From assembly GCA_964016885.1 (NCBI GenBank), contig CAXHJY010001472.1:620001-684000 (forward strand): 64,000 nucleotides of DNA, read 5' to 3'. Position numbers and translations under genes: made by a program. Position 1 is the first letter of the stretch. Each line of letters starts with the position of its first letter. Source of the DNA: Eledone cirrhosa (Eukaryota). Shown in pieces: positions 1 through 10,400 of the stretch. The notes beneath the pieces are model-generated. The model made no database searches. It had not been told where the DNA came from and saw only the letters and a list, made by a program, of their open reading frames with translations.

Positions 1-502
1 TTTTACAAATTATCTCCCCTTGATTTTTTTTTACAAATTATCTCCCCCTGATTTTTTTTACAAATTATCTTCCCTTGGACGGCTGGAAATTATCTCCGCT
101 TGGAAGGATGGAAATTATCTCCCCTTGGACGGCTGGAAATTATCTCCCCTTGCACGGCTGGAAATTATCTCCCCTTGGACAGCTGGAAATTATCTGCCCT
201 TGATTTTGTTTTTACAAATTATCTCCCCCTGATTTTTTTTACAAATTATCTCCACCTGATTTTTTTAAAAATTATCTCCCCTTGGACGGCTGGAAATTAT
301 CTCCCCTTGGCTGGAAATTATCTCCCCTTGGACGGCTAGAAATTATCTCTCTTTGGACGGCTGGAAATTATCTCCCTTTGATTTTTTAACAAATTATCTC
401 CCTCTGATTTTTTTTACAAATCTCCCCCTGATTTTTTTACAAATTATCTCCCCCTGATTTTTTTTACAATCTCCGCCTGATTTTTTAAAAAATTATCTTC
501 CC

Positions 503-2287
503 TTGGCTGGCGGGAAATTATCTCCCCTTGGACGGCTGGAAATTTTCTCCCCTTGGCTGGAAATTATCTCCCCTTGGACACTGGAAATTATAGCCCCTTG
601 GAGGGCTGGAAATTATCTTCCCTTGGACGGCTGGAAATTATCTCCCCTTGATTTTTTTACAAATTATCTGCCCCTGATTTTTTTTTACAAATTATCTCCC
701 CCTGATTTTTTTTTACAAATTATCTACCCCTGATTTTTTTTACAAATTATCTCCCCCTGATTTTTTTTTTACAAATTATCTCCCCCTGATTTTTTTAAAA
801 ATGATCTCCCCTTGGACGGCTGGAAATGATCTCCCCTTGGCTGGTTGGAAATTATCTCCCCTTGGACCGCTAGAAATTATCTCTCCTTGGACGGCTGGAA
901 ATTATTTCCCCTTGATTTTTTTTACAAATCTCCCCCTAATTTAAAAAAAAATTATCTCCCCTTCGCTGGCTGGAAATTATCTCCCTTTGGACGGCTGGAA
1001 ATTATAGCCCCTTGTAGGGCTGGAAATTATCTCCCCTTGGACGGCTGGAAATTATCTCCCCTTGATTTTTTTTACAAAATATCTCCCCCTGATTTTTTTA
1101 AAAATGATCTCCCCTTGGACGGCTGGAAATGATCTCCCCTTGGCTGGTTGGAAATTATCTCCCCTTGGACCGCTAGAAATTATCTCTCCTTGGATGGCTG
1201 GAAATTATCTCCCCTTGATTTTTCTACAAATTATCTCCCCCTGATTTTTTTTACAAATCTCCCAGTGATTTTTAAAAAAAATTTTCTCCCCTTCGCTGGC
1301 TGGAAATTATCTCCCCTTGGACGCTGGAAATTATAGCCCCTTGGAAGGCTGGAAATTATCTTCCCATGGACGGCTGGAAATTATCTCCCCTTGATTTTTT
1401 TTTACAAATTATCTCCCCCTGATTTTTTTTTTACAAATTATCTCCCCCTGATTTTTTTTAACAAATTATCTCCGCCTGATTTTTTTAAAAAAAATATCTC
1501 CCCTTGGACGGCTGGAAATTATCTCCCCTTGGACGGCTGGAAATTATCTCCCCTTGGACGGCTAGAAATTACCTCTCCTTGGACGGCTGAAAATTATCTC
1601 CCCTTGGACGGCTGCAAATTATCTCCCCTTGATTTTTTTTACAAATTATCTCCCCTTGATTTTTTTTTATAAATTATCTCCCCCTGATTTTTTTTACAAA
1701 TTATCTTCCCTTGGACGGCTGGAAATTATCTCCCCTTGGAAGGATGGAAATTATCTCCCCTTGGACGGCTGGAAATTATCTCCCCTTGCACGGCTGGAAA
1801 TTATCTCCCCTTGGACAGCTGGAAATTATCTGCCCTTGATTTTTTTTTTACAAATTATCTCCCCCTGATTTTTTTTTACAAATTATCTCCCCCTGATTTT
1901 TTTTTTACAAATTATCTCCGCCTGATTTTTTTTTAAAATTATCTCCCCTTGGACGGCTGGAAATTATCTCCCCTTGGACGGCTGGAAATTATCTTCCCTT
2001 GGACGGCTAGAAATTACCTCTCCTTGGACGGCTGAAAATTATCTCCCCTTGGACGGCTGGAAATTATCTCCCCTTGATTTTTTTACAAATTATCTGCCCC
2101 TGATTTTTTTTTACAAATTATCTCCCCCTGATTTTTTTTTACAAATTATCTCCCCCTGATTTTTTTTTACAAATTATCTCCCCCTGATTTTTTTTTTACA
2201 AATTATCTCCCCCTGATTTTTTTACAAATTATCTCCCCCTGATTTTTTTTACAATCTCCGCCTGATTTTTTAAAAAATTATCTTCCC
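503..2287 (+). repeat. One copy of the ~1,785-bp higher-order repeat (HOR, ~68-70 monomers)
   Basis: The marker monomer TCTTCCCTTGGCTGGCGGGAAA recurs at 503/2288, 16090/17875, 24916/26701, 31741/33526, 45761/47546, 54952/56737 and 61777/63562 (1,785 bp each), and at 9299/11108 (1,809) and 39962/41770 (1,808), where one extra monomer is present. The order of variant monomers is conserved. Confidence 0.92.
775..1410 (+). repeat. Internal ~303-bp duplicated module within the HOR
   Basis: The series AATGATC, AATGATC/GGCTGGTTGG, GGACCGCTAG, truncated ACAAATCTCC, CGCTGGCTGG, ATAGCCCC occurs twice, 303 bp apart (845/1148; also 11450/11753, 16432/16735), with fixed differences between the halves. 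Confidence 0.88.
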
Positions 2288-5200
2288 TTGGCTGGCGGGA
2301 AATTATCTCCCCTTGGACGGCTGGAAATTATCTCCCCTTGGCTGGAAATTATCTCCCCTTGGACACTGGAAATTATAGCCCCTTGGAGGGCTGGAAATTA
2401 TCTTCCCTTGGACGGCTGGAAATTATCTCCCCTTGATTTTTTTACAAATTATCTGCCCCTGATTTTTTTTTTACAAATTATCTCCCCCTGATTTTTTTTT
2501 ACAAATTATCTACCCCTGATTTTTTTTACAAATTATCTCCCCCTGATTTTTTTTTTACAAATTATCTCCCCCTGATTTTTTTAAAAATGATCTCCCCTTG
2601 GACGGCTGGAAATGATCTCCCCTTGGCTGGTTGGAAATTATCTCCCCTTGGACCGCTAGAAATTATCTCTCCTTGGACGGCTGGAAATTATTTCCCCTTG
2701 ATTTTTTTTACAAATCTCCCCTTAATTTAAAAAAAAATTATCTCCCCTTCGCTGGCTGGAAATTATCTCCCTTTGGACGGCTGGAAATTATAGCCCCTTG
2801 TAGGGCTGGAAATTATCTCCCCTTGGACGGCTGGAAATTATCTCCCCTTGATTTTTTTTACAAATTATCTCCCCCTGATTTTTTTAAAAATGATCTCCCC
2901 TTGGACGGCTGGAAATGATCTCCCCTTGGCTGGTTGGAAATTATCTCCCCTTGGACCGCTAGAAATTATCTCTCCTTGGATGGCTAGAAATTATCTCCCC
3001 TTGATTTTTCTACAAATTATCTCCCCCTGATTTTTTTTACAAATCTCCCAGTGATTTTTAAAAAAAATTTTCTCCCCTTCGCTGGCTGGAAATTATCTCC
3101 CCTTGGACGCTGGAAATTATAGCCCCTTGGAAGGCTGGAAATTATCTTCCCTTGGACGGCTGGAAATTATCTCCCCTTGATTTTTTTTTACAAATTATCT
3201 CCCCCTGATTTTTTTTTTTACAAATTATCTCCCCCTGATTTTTTTTAACAAATTATCTCCGCCTGATTTTTTTAAAAAAATTATCTCCCCTTGAACGGCT
3301 GGAAATTATCTCCCCTTGGACGGCTGGAAATTATCTCCCCTTGGACGGCTAGAAATTACCTCTCCTTGGACGGCTGAAAATTATCTCCCCTTGGACGGCT
3401 GCAAATTATCTCCCCTTGATTTTTTTTACAAATTATCTCCCCTTGATTTTTTTTTACAAATTATCTCCCCCTGATTTTTTTTACAAATTATCTTCCCTTG
3501 GACGGCTGGAAATTATCTCCCCTTGGAAGGATGGAAATTATCTCCCCTTGGACGGCTGGAAATTATCTCCCCTTGCACGGCTGGAAATTATCTCCCCTTG
3601 GACAGCTGGAAATTATCTGCCCTTGATTTTGTTTTTACAAATTATCTCCCCCTGATTTTTTTTACAAATTATCTCCACCTGATTTTTTTAAAAATTATCT
3701 CCCCTTGGACGGCTGGAAATTATCTCCCCTTGGCTGGAAATTATCTCCCCTTGGACGGCTAGAAATTATCTCTCTTTGGACGGCTGGAAATTATCTCCCT
3801 TTGATTTTTTTAACAAATTATCTCCCTCTGATTTTTTTTACAAATCTCCCCCTGATTTTTTTAAAAAAATTATCTCCCCTTCGCTGGCTGGAAATTATCT
3901 CCCCTTGGACACTGGAAATTATAGCCCCCTGGAGGGCTGGAAATTATCTTCCCTTGGACGGCTGGAAATTATCTCCCCTTGATTTTTTTTACAAATTATC
4001 TCCCCCTGATTTTTTTTTACAAATTATCTCCCCCTGATTTTTTTTACAAATTATCTCCCCCTGATTTTTTTTTACAAATTATCTCCCCCTGATATTTTTT
4101 TTACAAATTATCTCCGCCTGATTTTTTAAAAAAAATTATCTCCCCTTGGACGGCTGGAAATTATCTCCCCTTGGACGGCTGGAAATTATCTCCCCTTGGA
4201 CGGCTAGAAATTACCTCTCCTTGGACGGCTGAAAATTATCTCCCCTTGGACGGCTGCAAATTATCTCCCCTTGATTTTTTTTACAAATTATCTCCCCCTG
4301 ATTTTTTTTTTACAAATTATCTCCCCCTGATTTTTTTTTTACAAATCTCCGCCTGATTTTTAAAAAAAATTATCTCCCCTTGGACGGCTGGAAATTATCT
4401 CCCCTTGGACGGCTGGAAATTATCTTCCCTTGGACGGCTAGAAATTACCTCTCCTTGGACGGCTGAAAATTATCTCCCCTTGGACGGCTGGAAATTATCT
4501 CCCCTTGATTTTTTTACAAATTATCTGCCCCTGATTTTTTTTTTACAAATTATCTCCCCCTGATTTTTTTAAAAATGATCTCCCCTTGGACGGCTGGAAA
4601 TGATCTCCCCTTGGCTGGTTGGAAATTATCTCCCCTTGGACCGCTAGAAATAATCTCTCCTTGGACGGCTGGAAATTATCTCCCCTTGATTTTTTTTACA
4701 AATCTCCCCCTAATTTAAAAAAAAATTATCTCCCCATCGCTGGCTGGAAATTATCTCCCTTTGGACGGCTGGAAATTATAGCCCCTTGTAGGGCTGGAAA
4801 TTATCTCCCCTTGGACGGCTGGAAATTATCTCCCCTTGATTTTCTTTACAAATTATCTCCCCCTGACTTTTTTAAAAATGATCTCCCCTTGGACGGCTGG
4901 AAATGATCTCCCCTTGGCTGGTTGGAAATTTTCTCCCCTTGGACCGCTAGAAATTATCTCTCCTTGGACGGCTGGAAATTATCTCCCCATGATTTTTTTA
5001 CAAATTATCTCCCCCTGATTTTTTTTACAAATCTCCCAGTGATTTTTTAAAAAAATTATCTCCCCTTCGCTGGCTGGAAATTATCTCCCCTTGGACGCTG
5101 GAAATTATAGCCCCTTGGAGGGCTGGAAATTATCTTCCCTTGGACGGCTGGAAATTATCTCCCCTTGATTTTTTTTACAAATTATCTCCCCCTGATTTTT

Positions 5201-6477
5201 TTTTACAAATTATCTCCCCCTGATTTTTTTTACAAATTATCTCCCCCTGATTTTTTTTAACAAATTATCTCCCCTTGGACGGCTGGAAATTATCTCCCCT
5301 TGGACGGCTGGAAATTATCTCCCCTTGGACGGCTAGAAATTACCTCTCCTTGGACAGCTGAAAATTATCTCCCCTTGGACGGCTGCAAATTATCTCCCCT
5401 TGATTTTTTTTACAAATTATCTCCCCTTGATTTTTTTTTACAAATTATCTCCCCCTGATTTTTTTTACAAATTATCTCCCCCTGATTTTTTTTTACAAAT
5501 TATCTCCCCCTGATTTTTTTTACAAAATATCTCCCCCTGATTTTTTTTACAAATTATCTCCCCCTGATTTTTTTTACAATCTCCGCCTGATTTTTTTAAA
5601 AATTATCTTGCCTTGGCTGGCTGGAAATTATCTCCCCTTGGACGGCTGGAAATTATCTCCCCTTGGAAGGATGGAAATTATCTCCCCTTGGACGGCTGGA
5701 AATTATCTCCCCTTGCACGGCTGGAAATTATCTCCCCTTGGACAGCTGGAAATTATCTGCCCTTGATTTTGTTTTTACAAATTATGTTCCCCTGATTTTT
5801 TTTACAAATTATCTCCACCTGATTTTTTAAAAAATTATCTCCCCTTGGACGGCTGGAAATTATCTCCCCTTGGTTGGAAATTATCTCCCCTTGGACGGCT
5901 AGAAATTATCTCTGTTTGGACGGCTGGAAATTATCTCCCTTTGATTTTTTTAACAAATTATCTCCCTCTGATTTTTTTTACAAATCTCCCCCTGATTTTT
6001 TTAAAAAAATTATCTCCCCTTCGCTGGCTGGAAATTATCTCCCCTTGGACACTGGAAATTATAGCCCCCTGGAGGGCTGGAAATTATCTTCCCTTGGACG
6101 GCTGGAAATTATCTCCCCTTGATTTTTTTTACAAATTATCTCCCCCTGATTTTTTTTTTACAAATTATCTCCCCCTGATTTTTTTTACAAATTATCTCCC
6201 CCTGATTTTTTTACAAATTATCTCCGCCTGATTTTTTTAAAAATTATCTTCCCTTGGCTGGCGGGAAATTATCTCCCCTTGGACGGCTGGAAATTATCTC
6301 CCCTTGGAAGGATGGAAATTATCTCCCCTTGGACAGCTGGAAATTATCTCCCCTTGGACGGCTGAAAATTATCTCCCCTTGATTTTTTTTTTACAAATTA
6401 TCTCCCCCTGATTTTTTTTTACAAATTATCTCCCCCTGATTTTTTTTTACAAATTATCTCTCCCTGATTTTTTTTTA

Positions 6478-6627
6478 CAAATATCTCCCCTTGGCTGGCT
6501 GGAAATTATCTCCCCTTGGACGGTTGGAAATTATCTCCCCTTGGACGGCTGGAAATTATCTCCCCTTGGACGGCTGGAAATTATCTCCTCTTGGACGGCT
6601 GGAAATTATCTCCCCTTGGACGGCTGG
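6478..6627 (+). repeat. Example run of type-A monomers (consensus AAATTATCTCCCCTTGGACGGCTGG, 25 bp)
   Basis: Six consecutive ~25-bp A-type units read directly. Each consensus unit contains CCTTGG (StyI site) and one CpG. Confidence 0.95.
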
Positions 6628-7187
6628 AAATTATCTGCCCTTGATTTTTTTTTATAAATTATCTCCCCCTGATTTTTTTAAAAATGATCTCCCCTTGGAC
6701 GGCTGGAAATGATCTCCCCTTGGCTGGTTGGAAATTATCTCCCCTTGGACCGCTAGAAATTATCTCTCCTTGGACGGCTGGAAATTATCTCCCCTTGATT
6801 TTTTTACAAATTATCTCGTCCTGATTTTTTTTACAAATCTCCCAGTGATTTTTAAAAAAAAATTATCTCCCCTTCGCTGGCTGGAAATTATCTCACCTTG
6901 GACGCTGGAAATTATAGCCCCTTGGAGGGCTGGAAATTATCTCCCCTTGATTTTTTTTACAAATTATCTCCCCCTGATTTTTTTTTACAAATTATCTCCC
7001 CCGGATTTTTTTTTATAAATTATCTCCCCCTGATTTTTTTTAACAAATTATCTCCGCCTGATTTTTAAAAAAAAATTATCTCCCCTTAGACGGCTGGAAA
7101 TTATCTCCCCTTGGACGGCTGGAAATTATCTCCCCTTGGACGGCTAGAAATTGGACGGCTGAAAATTATCTCCCCTTGGACGGCTGC

Positions 7188-7489
7188 AAATTATCTCCCC
7201 TTGATTTTTTTTACAAATTATCTCCCCCTGATTTTTTTTTACAAATTATCTCCCCCTGATTTTTTTTTACAAATTATCTCCCCCTGATTTTTTTTTACAA
7301 ATTATCTACCCCTGATTTTTTTTTACAAATTATCTCCCCCTGATTTTTTTTTACAAATTATCTCCCCCTGATTTTTTTTTACAAATTATCTCCCCCTGAT
7401 TTTTTTTTTACAAATTATCTCCCCCTGATTTTTTTACAAATTATCTCCCCCTGATTTTTTTTACAATCTCCGCCTGATTTTTTAAAAAA
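7188..7489 (+). repeat. Longest run of type-B monomers noticed (11 units; consensus AAATTATCTCCCCCTGA(T)nAC)
   Basis: Eleven consecutive poly-T-tailed units counted by eye; the last is the junction variant CAATCTCCGCCTGA-T6-A6. Confidence 0.9.
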
Positions 7490-10400
7490 TGATCTCCCCT
7501 TGGACGGCTGGAAATGATCTCCCCTTGGCTGGTTGGAAATTATCTCCCCTTGGACCGCTAGAAATTATCTCTCCTTGGACGGCTGGAAATTATCTCCCCT
7601 TGATTTTTTTACAAATTATCTCCCCCTGATTTTTTTTACAAATCTCCCAGTGATTTTTAAAAAAAAATTATCTCCCCTTCGCTGGCTGGAAATTATCTCC
7701 CCTTGGACGGCTGGAAATTATCTCCCCTTGATTTTTTTTACAAATTATCTCCCCCTGATTTTTTTTTACAAATTATCTCCGCCTGATTTTTAAAAAAAAA
7801 TTATCTCACCTTGGACGGCTGGAATTATCTCCCCTTGGACGGCTGGAAATTATCTCCCCTTGGACGGCTAGAAATTACCTCTCCTTGGACGGCTGAAAAT
7901 TATCTCCCCTTGGACGGCTGCAAATTATCTCCCCTTGATTTTTTTTACAAATTATCTCCCCCTGATTTTTTTTTACAAATTATCTCCCCCTGATTTTTTT
8001 TTACAAATTATCTCCCCCTGATTTTTTTTTACAAATTATCTCCCCCTGATTTTTTTACAAATTATCTCCCCCTGATTTTTTTTACAATCTCCGCCTGATT
8101 TTTTAAAAAATAATCTTCCCTTGGCTGGCGGGAAATTATCTCCCCTTGGACGGCTGGAAATTATCTCCCCTTGGAAGGATAGAAATTATCTCCCCTTGGA
8201 CGGCTGGAAATTATCTCCCCTTGCACGGCTGGAAATTATCTCCCCTTGGACAGCTGGAAATTATCTGCCCTTGATTTTGTTTTTACAAATTATCTCCCCC
8301 TGATTTTTTTTACAAATTATCTCCACCTGATTTTTAAAAAAATTATCTCCCCTTGGACGGCTGGAAATTATCTCCCCTTGGCTGGAAATTATCTCCCCTT
8401 GGACGGCTAGAAATTATCTCTCTTTGGACGGCTGGAAATTATCTCCCTTTGATTTTTTTTACAAATTATCTCCCTCTGATTTTTTTTACAAATCTCCCCC
8501 TGATTTTTAAAAAAAAATTATCTCCCCTTCGCTGGCTGGAAATTATCTCCCCTTGGACACTGGAAATTATAGCCCCTTGGAGGGCTGGAAATTATCTTCC
8601 CTTGGACGGCTGGAAATTATCTCCCCTTGATTTTTTTTACAAATTATCTCCCCCTGATATTTTTTTTACAAATTATCTCCCCCTGATTTTTTTACAAATT
8701 ATCTCCCCCTGATTTTTTTTACAAATTATCTCCGCCTGATTTTTTTAAATATTATCTTCCCTTGGCTGGCGGGAAATTATCTCCCCTTGGACGGTTGGAA
8801 ATTATCTCCCCTTGCACTGCTGGAAATTATCTCCCCTTGGACGGCTGGAAATTATCTCCCCTTGCACGGCTGGAAATTATCATCCCCTTGGACGGCTGAA
8901 AATTATCTCCCCTTGATTTTTTTTTACAAATTATCTGCCCCTGATTTTTTTTTACAAATTATCTCCCCCTGATTTTTTTTTACAAATTATCTCCGCCTGA
9001 TTTTTTAAAAAAAATTATCTCCCCTTAGACGGCTGGAAATTATCTCCCCTTGGACGGCTGGAAATTATCTCCCCTTGGACGGCTAGAAATTGGACGGCTG
9101 AAAATTATATCCCCTTGGACGGCTGCAAATTATCTCCCCTTGATTTTTTTTACAAATTATCTCCCCCTGATTTTTTTTTACAAATTATCTCCCCCTGATT
9201 TTTTTTTTACAAATTATCTCCCCCTGATTTTTTTACAAATTATCTCCCCCTGATTTTTATTACAATCTCCGCCTGATTTTTTAAAAAATTATCTTCCCTT
9301 GGCTGGCGGGAAATTATCTCCCCTTGGACGGCGGGAAATTATCTCCCCTTGGCTGGAAATTATCTCCCCTTGGACACTGGAAATTATAGCCCCTTGGAGG
9401 GCTGGAAATTATCTTCCCTTGGACGGCTGGAAATTATCTCCCCTTGATTTTTTTACAAATTATCTGCCCCTGATTTTTTTTTACAAATTATCTCCCCCTG
9501 ATTTTTTTTTACAAATTATCTACCCCTGATTTTTTTTACAAATTATCTCCCCCTGATTTTTTTTTTACAAATTATCTCCCCCTGATTTTTTTAAAAATGA
9601 TCTCCCCTTGGACGGCTGGAAATGATCTCCCCTTGGCTGGTTGGAAATTATCTCCCCTTGGACCGCTAGAAATTATCTCTCCTTGGACGGCTGGAAATTA
9701 TTTCCCCTTGATTTTTTTTACAAATCTCCCCCTAATTTAAAAAAAAATTATCTCCCCTTCGCTGGCTGGAAATTATCTCCCTTTGGACGGCTGGAAATTA
9801 TAGCCCCTTGTAGGGCTGGAAATTATCTCCCCTTGGACGGCTGGAAATTATCTCCCCTTGATTTTTTTTACAAATTATCTCCCCCTGATTTTTTTAAAAA
9901 TGATCTCCCCTTGGACGGCTGGAAATGATCTCCCCTTGGCTGGTTGGAAATGATCTCCCCTTGGCTGGTTGGAAATTATCTCCCCTTGGACCGCTAGAAA
10001 TTATCTCTCCTTGGATGGCTGGAAATTATCTCCCCTTGATTTTTCTACAAATTATCTCCCCCTGATTTTTTTTACAAATCTCCCAGTGATTTTTAAAAAA
10101 AATTTTCTCCCCTTCGCTGGCTGGAAATTATCTCCCCTTGGACGCTGGAAATTATAGCCCCTTGGAAGGCTGGAAATTATCTTCCCTTGGACGGCTGGAA
10201 ATTATCTCCCCTTGATTTTTTTTTACAAATTATCTCCCCCTGATTTTTTTTTTACAAATTATCTCCCCCTGATTTTTTTTAACAAATTATCTCCGCCTGA
10301 TTTTTTTAAAAAAATTATCTCCCCTTGGACGGCTGGAAATTATCTCCCCTTGGACGGCTGGAAATTATCTCCCCTTGGACGGCTAGAAATTACCTCTCCT

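Noticed and set aside
506-513. Chi-like octamer GCTGGCGG (also GCTGGTTGG, GCTGGCTGG)
   Set aside because: No exact GCTGGTGG was seen. The near-matches derive trivially from the A tail, and Chi is specific to bacterial RecBCD.
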